Positions 20,898 to 31,298 of a DNA stretch of 64,000 nt are shown here, piece after piece. The notes below the pieces were generated by a model that saw only the letters and a list, made by a program, of their open reading frames with translations, made no database searches and was not told the DNA's origin. Source of the stretch: a virus (taxonomy: Duplodnaviria; Caudoviricetes); IMG/VR virus record IMGVR_UViG_3300028797_000093. One strand, 5' to 3'. Made by a program: the position numbers and the translations under genes. The stretch's first letter is position 1, and each line of letters begins with the position of its first letter.

Positions 20898-21415
20898 TCT
20901 GCATAAACCTCCAATATATTTGTTGTTGGTGTATTATCTAGAGATAGTTTAAATAGATATTCTTTTATTGCATCATCTAGTTTATATTTTTGATCTTTTA
21001 GAACTAGATGATGGAATCTAGTATCTGCTTCTAGTCCTTTAATATCTTTATCATAATCATTCTTGACCTTATTCATAGCAGTTAGATTCTTCTGGTTTGG
21101 ATCATTTGTATATCTAATAGAGACTTTAAGATTCCAGAAATCTTTAAGATCAATACTAGGATATACAATCAATACAGGAATATCAAGATTTTCTTTAGTA
21201 GCAATATAGTCTCTAGTCCATGGATGAGTTGACATGAATACAATCCTATCTTGGTTAGCAATATGGATAGCCATATCTACATATACTTTATACCAATTAG
21301 GATCTCTTTCTCCATTAATTTTGAATACAGAAGATTCAAGATCTATAAAATCCTTACAATTTCTTGCAAGGGTAGACTTACCAATTCCAGGATAACCGAA
21401 TATGATAGCTTTCAC
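20894..21415 (-). CDS. P-loop NTPase/kinase-like protein
   Basis: N-terminal GYPGIGKST followed by DLESS. Confidence 0.7.
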   Translation of the reverse strand: MKAIIFGYPGIGKSTLARNCKDFIDLESSVFKINGERDPNWYKVYVDMAIHIANQDRIVFMSTHPWTRDYIATKENLDIPVLIVYPSIDLKDFWNLKVSIRYTNDPNQKNLTAMNKVKNDYDKDIKGLEADTRFHHLVLKDQKYKLDDAIKEYLFKLSLDNTPTTNILEVYAE

Positions 21416-21428
21416 TCATTATTCTCCT

Positions 21429-21953
21429 TTATAGGTTAGGGTTATATACTATTTGTGACAAATCAAGATCTTTAGGATCTCCCCTATAACAAATTCCTGG
21501 AAATAGATCTACAGATCTTTTTCCTATACTATTATCATATTGAAATAAATATCTCATATTATACTCAAAGCTCATATAATAATCATCATATTCTCTTTGA
21601 GAGAACTGTCCACTCTTTTTCATTTTATTTATATCATCTTTCCATAGTTCTCCATAATCTGGATCTGGATAAATGAGAGTTAGAGGAACTTCTTTCTTAT
21701 TAGTCATATTATGCTCTTTAGCATATTGTAGATTTCTTCTATATTTATCAAACCAATATATAGCTTTCCAATTCAAATACCCTATAACAACATTTCCTTG
21801 TTTAGCAAGTTCTGTTAACAATATAGGATAGTTCTCTTCTAATGCATCGTGATAAATCATCAGTTTATCACTAATCACTACAGTATTATCATTATTTTTT
21901 AATTTTAGTATATTACTACATGGATATACTAAGTAAATATGTCTATAACTCAT
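21429..21953 (-). CDS. hypothetical protein (possibly a degenerate paralog of the downstream P-loop protein)
   Basis: 174 aa; VPLTLIYP resembles IPVLIVYP of 20894-21415. Confidence 0.55.
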   Translation of the reverse strand: MSYRHIYLVYPCSNILKLKNNDNTVVISDKLMIYHDALEENYPILLTELAKQGNVVIGYLNWKAIYWFDKYRRNLQYAKEHNMTNKKEVPLTLIYPDPDYGELWKDDINKMKKSGQFSQREYDDYYMSFEYNMRYLFQYDNSIGKRSVDLFPGICYRGDPKDLDLSQIVYNPNL

Positions 21954-22058
21954 TATAAACTTCCTAACTTGATTGAATTCGATCTAATTAATTGTTTTAG
22001 ATCAAATTAAATTGTAATTTCAACTGTATATTATTAAATAGATAAGTAGTAAGAAAGG

Positions 22059-23015
22059 ATGCTGACTCTAATGTTTAATATAAGACAAATAGAGAATGCA
22101 GATGATATATTTAAGTTTTATATAGATAAAGTTAGAACTATATTCAATTATTTTAATGGAAGAATCAATAGAATAAATAGTAATGTGCAACTAGTCATAG
22201 ATTATTATGACTATATAAATAGAAACTATGGATGTTTTATATCTCCTAATATAGTATATATTTATATTGGAGAAATAATAGAAGGATCTTATAGATTCTT
22301 TAACTATATGAATCATGATGCTATAGTTACAGAGATTATAATATCATGTATACATGAGTTAGTACATGCAGAGCAAGCATTGGATAATTCTATGTATAAG
22401 AAAGATACTACATATAAAACTCAATTAGAATTACATGCAGAGTTGGTATCTTTTGATTATATAATAAGAAATCAAAAAGAGTTGGAGTATCTATTCTCTT
22501 TTAACGTAAACTTTGGTATAGATAATATACCTGGAATGATACTACAGAATATAAACTATAACACATACACTTCTGTATTTAATAATAGTGATACTCTCAA
22601 TAAATTTGCTTCCATAGAAGATATGTATATGCAAATTTTCAAAAATGAGGGTTTTATGCAAAATTCTGAGGTTTCCTGGCTACTTACACAGGAAAGTGTA
22701 GATAACGTCGTTTTTGCAATTTTTGACTCTCTGAGAGTATTCAATTTAATGCACTCAGGAAGCCATAATTCAAAAAATTTACCATATGATGAAAAACATA
22801 TGGTAATTATTAAGAGAAATAGATTATGGAGCACAGATGGGTTTCCTAAATTTGTAGATATGATTAATAGACAAATTATACAATATAAACCACTTAAATA
22901 TAGAATATCAATTGAAGTATTAAATAGATATGATGAGTTTAAACAATTTAAAAGTTATGGATATATTATATTAAACATAGATAAAGAAAATAGATATATA
23001 AATCCAATAAGATAA
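22059..23015 (+). CDS. HExxH motif protein (putative metallopeptidase)
   Basis: CIHELVHAEQ; TATATTAT motif upstream. Confidence 0.6.
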   Translation: MLTLMFNIRQIENADDIFKFYIDKVRTIFNYFNGRINRINSNVQLVIDYYDYINRNYGCFISPNIVYIYIGEIIEGSYRFFNYMNHDAIVTEIIISCIHELVHAEQALDNSMYKKDTTYKTQLELHAELVSFDYIIRNQKELEYLFSFNVNFGIDNIPGMILQNINYNTYTSVFNNSDTLNKFASIEDMYMQIFKNEGFMQNSEVSWLLTQESVDNVVFAIFDSLRVFNLMHSGSHNSKNLPYDEKHMVIIKRNRLWSTDGFPKFVDMINRQIIQYKPLKYRISIEVLNRYDEFKQFKSYGYIILNIDKENRYINPIR

Positions 23016-23050
23016 AGGATTGGACCAATATCCAATCCTTTATTTTTTTT

Positions 23051-23994
23051 GTTTAAATGATAGGGTGGCGCCAAAACTCCAGTCGGTACTACTAGCAGAA
23101 TATGATAAACTAATATAGAAAGCACCACAATAGAGACCACGATTCGAGCGACTACCACGATAAGTATAATGAGCACCATTACTTTGAGCAAAATAATCAC
23201 AATAAAAAGAAGAGGCTTAAATGATAGAGCAGCACCAAGGCTCCAATCTGGACTAGAAGCAGAAAGCATACCACTAACAAAGAAAACACCACAATAGAGT
23301 CCACGACCTGATGCACCACCACGATAGGAATAGTGTGTACCACCACTTTGATAAAAATAATCACAATAATAGCTACCACTAATTTAAATGATAGGGTAGC
23401 ACCAAGGTACCAGTAAATACCAGAAAACAAATAGTTCAGAGCAACAAAGAAAGCACCACAATAAAGACCAGAGTACGAATAACAACCACGATAAGCATAA
23501 TGTGAACCACTACTTTGATAAAAATAATACTATGGTTTAAATGATATGGCAGCGCCAATATACCAGCGATTACGACCAGAATAGTCGTTTAAACTAGCAG
23601 AGAAAACACCACAGCGTAAACCATCGTCGCATTTATCTCCATGAATAGCATAATGATCACTTGAACTTTGATAAAAATAATCACAATAAAAAGACTGGTT
23701 TAAATGATAGGGCGGCGCCATAGACCCAGTAGGTATAACCAGAGCCGTAGTAGAGATTAACAAAGAAAGCACCACAATAGAGGCCATAGCTCGAGGCACC
23801 ACCACGAAGAGAATATACAGTACTCGTAGCTTTATACATGGTTTAAATGATAGGGCGGCGCCAACTCCCCAGTGGGCAAAGCTATCAGAAGACGAGCCAG
23901 AAACAGAGAAAACCCCACAAGCAAAGCCATAACTACAGAGACCACCACGAACAGCATAATGAGTGCTACTACTTTGAGAAAAATAATCACAATA
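23051..23994 (-). repeat. DGR variable-region-like cassette cluster 2 (6 tandem cassettes)
   Basis: Units start on the plus strand at ~23051, 23216, 23383, 23535, 23698 and 23841; five YCDYF-type and one KATST-type; bounded by terminators at ~23012-23043 and ~23999-24031. Confidence 0.9.
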
Positions 23995-24033
23995 AAAAAT
24001 ATGGAGAGGTAACTTAATACCTCTCCATATATT

Positions 24034-24564
24034 TTACTTCTTGTACATGGGGCATCCACTCTGTACCTTAATAGTATCATGAGCAGGAACAGTAGTGGGA
24101 ACCTTGGAGTAACGAGGAGTTCCGTCCTCATTTACACCAACCTTACGAGGATAGCTCTTTGTAGTCTCAGGAACTTCCTTACGAATGAAGGATACATCAG
24201 AATGTTCGCGGCATCCAAGAGGAAGCTTACGATTAGTCTGCATATAGGTGAGAATAAATTCCTTACCAATACGAACCATAGCATCAGATTCGATCTTGGA
24301 AGCATCTCTTTTCTGAATCAGCTTGATAGCTTCATCAGTACTGATATGGGTAGTATCAGTTACGATCTCTACACACATATTCTTATAGTCTTCAGCAGGA
24401 CAATATTCTCCTTCGAGACCATCCTTACCAAAAACACCAACCTTATAGCTCGTATCATTGAGCATAGCTTTCATAACACGAGACTCGTCTTTCTTAGAGG
24501 AACCCTTCTGAGTTAGATTCTTCTGGATATCCTCAATACAAGCCTTTACAGTTTCGTTTGCCAT
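24034..24564 (-). CDS. HU/IHF-like DNA-binding protein with N-terminal extension
   Basis: C-terminal half (SKIESDAMV...RKLPLG...SFIRKEVPETTKSYP...TTVPAHDTIKV) follows the HU helix-strand-arm pattern; high-expression codons. Confidence 0.5.
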   Translation of the reverse strand: MANETVKACIEDIQKNLTQKGSSKKDESRVMKAMLNDTSYKVGVFGKDGLEGEYCPAEDYKNMCVEIVTDTTHISTDEAIKLIQKRDASKIESDAMVRIGKEFILTYMQTNRKLPLGCREHSDVSFIRKEVPETTKSYPRKVGVNEDGTPRYSKVPTTVPAHDTIKVQSGCPMYKK

Positions 24565-24590
24565 TGTGGTAAAACCTCCTAAAAATCTTT

Positions 24591-24764
24591 TTAATTAATA
24601 ATTACGGGTACTAGTGGATCAATCAATTTTCTTTCTTTTCCTTTTTCTAGAATTAACTGATTGATTTCTTCTGGGGTCATTGAAGCTAAGAGAGTAAGAA
24701 AATTATCTTTTCTAATTTCTTTCTCTTTCTTCTCCTCTTCTGTTAATTCTTTTTTAGATGGCAT
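24591..24764 (-). CDS. small hypothetical protein (57 aa, not in ORF track)
   Basis: GGAGG RBS then MPSKKELTEEEKKRKEIRKDNF...PVIIN*. Confidence 0.6.
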   Translation of the reverse strand: MPSKKELTEEEKKEKEIRKDNFLTLLASMTPEEINQLILEKGKERKLIDPLVPVIIN

Positions 24765-24812
24765 TCTATACCTCCATCTTTTTATTTAATTAGTTTAGTT
24801 TGTATTATTTTA

Positions 24813-25151
24813 TTATATTGAGGAATATGTTAGAAAATCTTTAGGATAAAGGAATTGAAGTTCTGATAATGCTACAGAAGAGTTATACTTCTCATTTACA
24901 GCAGATATCATATCTTCTATTTTCTCTTTATCTTTAATTAGTATATAAATTTCTTGATACTTATCAGCTAGATTGATCTTAGAAGCTGTATAGGTACTAT
25001 TCATAAATATACTGATGACTGAAGCAAAAGCAACTTTAGCAACTATAAAGTCTCTCTCTTCAGTAATATTTTTTATATCTTCTACTTTCTTTTTAAATTC
25101 ATACTCTAATCTTTGTCTCATTATTTCAGGGTTTTGTGGTTTCTTTCCCAT
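24813..25151 (-). CDS. hypothetical protein
   Basis: 112-aa ORF with AAAGG RBS. Confidence 0.6.
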   Translation of the reverse strand: MGKKPQNPEIMRQRLEYEFKKKVEDIKNITEERDFIVAKVAFASVISIFMNSTYTASKINLADKYQEIYILIKDKEKIEDMISAVNEKYNSSVALSELQFLYPKDFLTYSSI

Positions 25152-25302
25152 ATATCATTAACCCTTTCTATATTTTTATAGTATTTAATCCTAATTCTAT
25201 TTAAATAGGAACTATTAGTATGTATTGCCTGTTTTAAAAGGTTATTTTAGATCATATTAACAAAATAATAAATTGAAATATAGCCCAATTGGAGGTTTAT
25301 AT

Positions 25303-27837
25303 ATGAAAACAATAGAGGATCTAAAGCCATTACGGATGTATTCTCCAAAAACTAAACTATATGCTCCTACAAATGTAATGAATAAAAGAAAAGGAGCTGC
25401 AATATTACTATTAACTCGTAGTACTGATGAATCAGAAATGATAATGAATCTTCCATATATCTATAACCCAAATCTATTTGTATCTTACTATATCAGCAAG
25501 AATGTAAATGCTTACATTAAGTCTAATAATATAGAAGTAGATACGAATGATATTGATGATGATACTAGTCTGAGTACAAAAGAAATGGATGAGCTGATGA
25601 ATGAAGCTACAATCTTTTCAAGACTAGGAAACAGATATCCTAATATTAAATATGATAATGAATCTTGTTCCACATATGATATAGCTTTCTTCAAAGATGC
25701 TTTGTCTAAGGATTTTATTACTGAATGTATGGAGAAACTTCAGTATAATAATCTATCTGGTACTATCACAGTATTTGCTCATAAAGATCCTGATGATTTT
25801 ATCAGTAAAACCAGTGATGCAAATCCTTACAGTTATTATACTTCTAATCAACTCCATATGCTCTCCAAATCTTCTTGGGAAGCTAATTGTAGTGATAAGA
25901 GCTATACTGATTATATAAGAACAGTATTTGTATCATATATGATCAAGAGAATGAGTCCTAAGATCAATTTCTTCTTAGCTCATCTATATGCTTCTTATAT
26001 TATAAAAAATCCAAATAATAATGTAGTAGAATATACTAATATTTTCAATGGTCTAGATAAACTGGTAGCAGAATTTGGTTTCTCTACTATCTTGGCCAGT
26101 ATTTACAAGTACACCATTGATCCTGTATATAAATTTCTTAATACTAATACAGTAAACTATATTAAGAGTTCTATCAAGACATCTACATCTGTATTATCAG
26201 AGATTACTCTTAATGATGCTATTCAATCACATGGATATTACTATGATGAGAGATGGAATAGTATCATTGAATATAATGGTGATCTATATAGAGAAAGAGT
26301 AGAATGTCTTGTAATAGATAAAGAAGACAAATCTGTCTTTCTTTATTTTAAGAAAGATGGATCATACAATATTCCTGGTGGATCTACAGAAAAAGATAAA
26401 GAAAATGAAGATCAAGTGGCTGCTGAATGTAAAGAAGAAGCTAGAATCTCTATTAAGAATATTAAGAGTACAGAATTGGTTTATCTGGTTAAATATGATA
26501 GTTCTCCAGATTGGATGAAGTTATACCCAATTAAATGGTCTGGAGCAATTAATAGAGTATATACTGCAGATTATGATAAACCATATACTGGTATTATAGA
26601 TGATATAGATAAAGATAATGATATGTATAGGTTTGGTAAGTTCTATAAGATAGAGGATGTATATAAATTTCTATCTCCTATACATAAGGTTGCTATTATG
26701 AATTATCTAAAAACTAATAAGATGAAGATTAGATTAGCTCTTAATACAACCAAAAGTTCAGTAAATGAATCTGGAGATAGATATGAAAAATTAAATCAAT
26801 CCAACTATAATGAAGCTGTTTTAACAGAGAATGGTTATCTTGTAGAAGATGATTATTTTATCTATAATAATATCAATGATGAAAGTATAATTTCTTTCTT
26901 TAACAAACCAGAATATATCACTGAAGCTATTAAAATCAATAAGAAGTTTGATGATACTGTTTTAAGAAAATATCTATATAAAGAACGTATCAGAACTAAT
27001 AGAGAACTAACAGCTATGTATGCTGATATTAAAGCTAGAAACCCATGGATAAAAAGAACTTATCCATATATCAATAGATACATGGGATTTAATATCTATA
27101 TAGATTTTTCATATTATCATTCTGTATTCTTAAAGAATAATATGATCAAAAATGATAAGGGTGTAGGAGTTTATTGGGATATTATTAATAGACTTCTAGA
27201 TACAGAAGAAATTAATAAGAACTATAATAAACAGACTATTATAATTCCTGTGAATGCTAACTCATGGAATGTAAGCAATCCTGAGGATCTATTTAACTTT
27301 AGAGTTAGTATCAATCCAATATCTACTATAGTAAGACTACTAAGAAGTAATCCTATGGAACTTCATAAATGGGATAATAAGAAAATCCTCTTTGTAAGTA
27401 ATAAAGGATTCTTTACACTAGATTTTGGCACTTTCTCTATGGCTAATATAAATAGGTTTAAGAAGTTCATTAGAATGCTGATGAATTTTGAACCTATTGT
27501 ATATGAAGATGACGATGAAGATATTAATGTAGATACTAAAGCTGTAACTATCAATAAAGCTCTAGATAATATTGAGAAGTCTACTGGTGTACAACTCAGT
27601 AATTCCAGTGAACCTCAAATAAATAAAGATATAGTAAATATCAAAAGTGATATAGTATCAGGTTCTGCTATTAGAGTTATGACTCTTACTAAAGCTAAAG
27701 TAGTGCTTCCTATAGTTAATGGAGTTAAGAATCTAGTATATTACCTTACTCCTAGTCAGGATACTACCATTAAGAGTCTAAATAAAGAAGATAATATCTC
27801 TAATAAAAAAGAAATTAAGAATATTACAGTAATCTAA
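25303..27837 (+). CDS. probable virion protein with a degenerate Nudix domain and a domain paralogous to the RNAP beta N-terminus
   Basis: IPGGSTEKDKENEDQVAAECKEEARI (Nudix-box-like); start at MKTIED after GGAGG; AACA-N6-TA at 25259. Confidence 0.6.
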   Translation: MKTIEDLKPLRMYSPKTKLYAPTNVMNKRKGAAILLLTRSTDESEMIMNLPYIYNPNLFVSYYISKNVNAYIKSNNIEVDTNDIDDDTSLSTKEMDELMNEATIFSRLGNRYPNIKYDNESCSTYDIAFFKDALSKDFITECMEKLQYNNLSGTITVFAHKDPDDFISKTSDANPYSYYTSNQLHMLSKSSWEANCSDKSYTDYIRTVFVSYMIKRMSPKINFFLAHLYASYIIKNPNNNVVEYTNIFNGLDKLVAEFGFSTILASIYKYTIDPVYKFLNTNTVNYIKSSIKTSTSVLSEITLNDAIQSHGYYYDERWNSIIEYNGDLYRERVECLVIDKEDKSVFLYFKKDGSYNIPGGSTEKDKENEDQVAAECKEEARISIKNIKSTELVYLVKYDSSPDWMKLYPIKWSGAINRVYTADYDKPYTGIIDDIDKDNDMYRFGKFYKIEDVYKFLSPIHKVAIMNYLKTNKMKIRLALNTTKSSVNESGDRYEKLNQSNYNEAVLTENGYLVEDDYFIYNNINDESIISFFNKPEYITEAIKINKKFDDTVLRKYLYKERIRTNRELTAMYADIKARNPWIKRTYPYINRYMGFNIYIDFSYYHSVFLKNNMIKNDKGVGVYWDIINRLLDTEEINKNYNKQTIIIPVNANSWNVSNPEDLFNFRVSINPISTIVRLLRSNPMELHKWDNKKILFVSNKGFFTLDFGTFSMANINRFKKFIRMLMNFEPIVYEDDDEDINVDTKAVTINKALDNIEKSTGVQLSNSSEPQINKDIVNIKSDIVSGSAIRVMTLTKAKVVLPIVNGVKNLVYYLTPSQDTTIKSLNKEDNISNKKEIKNITVI

Positions 27838-27892
27838 AAAAAATAAATAGTAGAAGGGTAAATATCCTTCTACTATTTTTTATATGATACTG

Positions 27893-28032
27893 GTTTAAAT
27901 GATAGGGCGGCGCCACGATGCCATACAAGCCCAGAAGCAGCAAAGTTCAGAAAAACAAAGAAAGCACCACAAACGAGCCCATTGTTCGAGGTACCACCAC
28001 GAATAGCATATGCAGTACTCGTAGCTTTATAT
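27893..28032 (-). repeat. DGR variable-region-like cassette cluster 3 (single KATSTAY-type cassette)
   Basis: Encodes KATSTAYAIRGGTSNNGLVCGAFFVFLNFAASGLVWHRGAALSFK; lies between two convergent terminators. Confidence 0.9.
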
Positions 28033-28083
28033 ATGGGATAAAAAATAAAAGGTAAGCATATTACAGCTTACCTTTTATTTAAA

Positions 28084-29061
28084 TTATTTCTTATCCAAAT
28101 TCTCAAGGTACTTCAATACTCTTGTAGCAGTTTTTCTGTCTTTTACTGCTTTTACAATATTTGTACCATCAGACATATGAGCAAATACTATAGCATTATT
28201 TGAAAATGGATTTGCAACAATCTTTTTATCATCTGTGATAGGATATACTTCAATCATTGGAAAATCACAATACATCAACCAAGGAGTATCATCATTTCTG
28301 ATATTATATTTAACCAAGAAGCATAAATAATCTGTATAATATACAAATCTATAGAAAGCGTATTTGATAGAGATATCTTCACCATCATCTACAAAATTAT
28401 ATGTCTTAATCATATTAAATCTAGTCTGCAAAGCTACCAATATAAGATCTATAACTTCAGCAGAAAAATCACTACCAGGATATGTGATAGCATACTTAGT
28501 TAAATTTTCATCATATACTTTATAATATTCTTTACCATAATCAGATCTACTGATTCTACTAGAATCCTGAGTAGGAAAGCTGTTTTGTCTCAGCATTCTA
28601 GAAGCATATTCAAAAGGAATCTCAATATAGTTTGGATTACCAACTTCTTCTCTGCTTCTTACAAAGAAATGATTATTATTAGTCTTGAAGATAAAATCTC
28701 CAATATGAAGTCTATGATCACCATTTTTACCAGCAGAAGCTTTAAGTACTTTACTGGTTACAAATTTTCCATTTAGAAGAACTTTCTCTTCTTCATATAT
28801 AATATCATTAGAGACTTTAGCCTCAGGATTAGTAAAGATTTTCATAAAGTTAAAAACTTTATCAATATCTCCATCATATTGAATTCCAACGAGAATTCTA
28901 TTATCATGAACTACAAAGCTTAGATCATCTTTATCATATGCAATACAAATAGTATCATACTGATTTATATCAGGAATTTCTTTTTTCTCCTGTTTCTCTT
29001 TCTTAGATTCTTTATATTCTGAAAAGAAACCTGAGACATCTTTCTTCTTATTTTTATTCAT
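28084..29061 (-). CDS. hypothetical protein with a domain resembling 29062-29367
   Basis: VGIQYDG...IGDFIFKTNNNHFF. Confidence 0.6.
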   Translation of the reverse strand: MNKNKKKDVSGFFSEYKESKKEKQEKKEIPDINQYDTICIAYDKDDLSFVVHDNRILVGIQYDGDIDKVFNFMKIFTNPEAKVSNDIIYEEEKVLLNGKFVTSKVLKASAGKNGDHRLHIGDFIFKTNNNHFFVRSREEVGNPNYIEIPFEYASRMLRQNSFPTQDSSRISRSDYGKEYYKVYDENLTKYAITYPGSDFSAEVIDLILVALQTRFNMIKTYNFVDDGEDISIKYAFYRFVYYTDYLCFLVKYNIRNDDTPWLMYCDFPMIEVYPITDDKKIVANPFSNNAIVFAHMSDGTNIVKAVKDRKTATRVLKYLENLDKK

Positions 29062-29367
29062 TCAAACCTCCTCATATGTCTTCCAGAATATATCTGGTTT
29101 ACAAGGATAGAATTCTCCATTTACTCCCTTTATAATAAAATCACCTTTATTAGCAATCATATCACCCTCAAGGGTTCTGATAGCAAAGCTAATTTTAGGA
29201 CTTTCTTTGTTAGGATCAAGAGCATCATATACTTTTACAATACAATTCTCTTTACCAACAAACTGAATAGCATACTCATAGTTATCTTCTGTATACTCTA
29301 GAGCCTCAATAATTACAGGCTTCTTTTTATATTTCCTAATGTTCTCACTCTGTCCTCTATTAGCCAT
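29062..29367 (-). CDS. conserved phage protein (KKPVxIEA...TLEG...YPCKPDIF family)
   Basis: YKKKPVIIEA, IRTLEGDM, GDFIIKGVNGEFYPCKPDIF. Confidence 0.75.
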   Translation of the reverse strand: MANRGQSENIRKYKKKPVIIEALEYTEDNYEYAIQFVGKENCIVKVYDALDPNKESPKISFAIRTLEGDMIANKGDFIIKGVNGEFYPCKPDIFWKTYEEV

Positions 29368-29418
29368 TATAATATATTACCTCCTAATAAATTAAATTAT
29401 TATTAGGTAATAAATAAT

Positions 29419-30228
29419 TTAAATTTTAAACTTATAGAAAGTTTCAAATTCATTAATTAACCAAATATCTGCTTGGTCAAATGTTTTGGTTATCTTTCTA
29501 TTCATATAAGCAATCCAATCAACAATTTCTTCCTCTTGAGCCCAAGGTCCATATGTATGATTGCAACTGCTCAATAAACCACATTCAGAAAGATAAGCAT
29601 GAACAATCTCATGATGTAGAGTATGTCTTTCTTGTTCATATTTCCATATAGCAGGTTTATCTTTATATCTATCTGTAGTAGATGTATCTAGTAATTTAAT
29701 CTGCTTAAGATTTACATCACACATTCCTTGAATTACAGAATCTATTTCATTAGTTCCATCAGGATATCTAAACATACAATAATCTGTTCCAAGAATAGAA
29801 ATTACATTATTCGTATTTTGAGTCTCTTTTTCTATTCTATCTTCTTGATTCTCACATACAGCTTCTATCATATCTTCTGTTATACTTTTCTTCTCAATCA
29901 TATTTACTTCCTTAAAATTCTTATCAAATATTTCAGGCTTATAAGTATAATAATACTTCTTCTTAATATCATATACTAGATATTCATACGTGAATAGATA
30001 GATATGATCTTCTGTATTATTGAAATCTATCTTAATATCTATATATGTTTTAGAAGTTCCATCATTATATTGATCTGAAAGTAAAGAATAACTATATACA
30101 ATAGGTTTATCATCCAAAAATACAATAGGTCTATTTTCTAAGAATTCTATAACATCTTCTGCATTGTATCCAGTATATAGAATAGCATCATAGAAGTTTC
30201 CTTCTTTGTCTTGATACTTTTTAAGCAT
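29419..30228 (-). CDS. two-domain protein: KPxIF-type N-terminal domain plus HExxH C-terminal domain
   Basis: YTYKPEIFDKNFKEV; HHEIVHAYLSECGL. Confidence 0.65.
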   Translation of the reverse strand: MLKKYQDKEGNFYDAILYTGYNAEDVIEFLENRPIVFLDDKPIVYSYSLLSDQYNDGTSKTYIDIKIDFNNTEDHIYLFTYEYLVYDIKKKYYYTYKPEIFDKNFKEVNMIEKKSITEDMIEAVCENQEDRIEKETQNTNNVISILGTDYCMFRYPDGTNEIDSVIQGMCDVNLKQIKLLDTSTTDRYKDKPAIWKYEQERHTLHHEIVHAYLSECGLLSSCNHTYGPWAQEEEIVDWIAYMNRKITKTFDQADIWLINEFETFYKFKI

Positions 30229-30246
30229 TATTAGATACCTCTCTTC

Positions 30247-30342
30247 TTATTTCCTTTTATTGTTCTTAATAACTGTAATAGCACATATAATGATAACCAG
30301 TAATAATATAATGGAAAGAGCCATCAAAATATATATGATCAT
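30247..30342 (-). CDS. small membrane peptide (31 aa)
   Basis: MIIYILMALSIILLLVIIICAITVIKNNKRK*, ATGA-coupled to the upstream gene. Confidence 0.45.
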   Translation of the reverse strand: MIIYILMALSIILLLVIIICAITVIKNNKRK

Positions 30343-31298
30343 ATTTCACCTATCTTACGGAAATGCCTATTCAGTTCTTTTTCAGATTTAATAATCCGAA
30401 TATCGCTAATGTGTTCATATGGTCCTATAATGAAAGCAACATAATCATTATCATTTACTATATCTACACTAACAATCTCATTTTCATCATTAGTCTTATA
30501 TAGATAGATTCTATGATCATCTGTACTACAATCGTAATAGAAAGCATAATTAAACATATCACGAGGTTTGGTAAATTGCTTAATATACCAATTATAGAAT
30601 GATACACAAGAAGGATGATCATTCGAACTAGAGAATTGTGTTACATACACATTGAAATATATAAGAGCATTAGAAGGATTTTCATCTTCAGAACACAAAT
30701 ATTCTGCACACTTAGAATTCTTAAACCTATGTGTAAAATCAGGTATAACCAATTCTTTACCCCATTCAATTTCAGGTTCATCATCTTTATATCTTGTAAG
30801 AGGACTGATCCTGATAAATCTATTACTATCTTCTACTTCTTCTTCCTTCTTGATGAAGTAAGAATTTCGATCAAAAGATTCAAACAGATAGTCTCCATAT
30901 CCTAATTCTTTACCAGAAGCTGTATCTACAAATCGTCCTATACAAGTCTTCTTATTCTTATTATCATTTAAAGACCAGTGAATTTGTTTATAGTCATTTA
31001 CAAGATGATCAAGATCATCTTGAGTTATTCCTAAGAAGGTAATAATATCATCCATATTATCACCATTTTCAAATAGAGTATATCTAATACCTCTAATAGG
31101 CTTTCTATTGTGCAAAAACAAAGAAACTTCTTTTGGATATTCAAATTCCTTTGGAGCATTCTTTCTCTTAAGCTCTTCAGCATTTATCTCTGATTCATAT
31201 TTATTAATAATCTGAGTAATATTCTGTAACTGTTTTCTTGCAGACTTCTCTAAATCTTTTAGAGAAGATAAGAATACCTTTTTGTCATTTAAAGTCAT
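30339..31298 (-). CDS. hypothetical protein
   Basis: 319 aa; RKPIRGIRYT...GDYLF resembles the neighbouring family. Confidence 0.6.
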   Translation of the reverse strand: MTLNDKKVFLSSLKDLEKSARKQLQNITQIINKYESEINAEELKRKNAPKEFEYPKEVSLFLHNRKPIRGIRYTLFENGDNMDDIITFLGITQDDLDHLVNDYKQIHWSLNDNKNKKTCIGRFVDTASGKELGYGDYLFESFDRNSYFIKKEEEVEDSNRFIRISPLTRYKDDEPEIEWGKELVIPDFTHRFKNSKCAEYLCSEDENPSNALIYFNVYVTQFSSSNDHPSCVSFYNWYIKQFTKPRDMFNYAFYYDCSTDDHRIYLYKTNDENEIVSVDIVNDNDYVAFIIGPYEHISDIRIIKSEKELNRHFRKIGEI

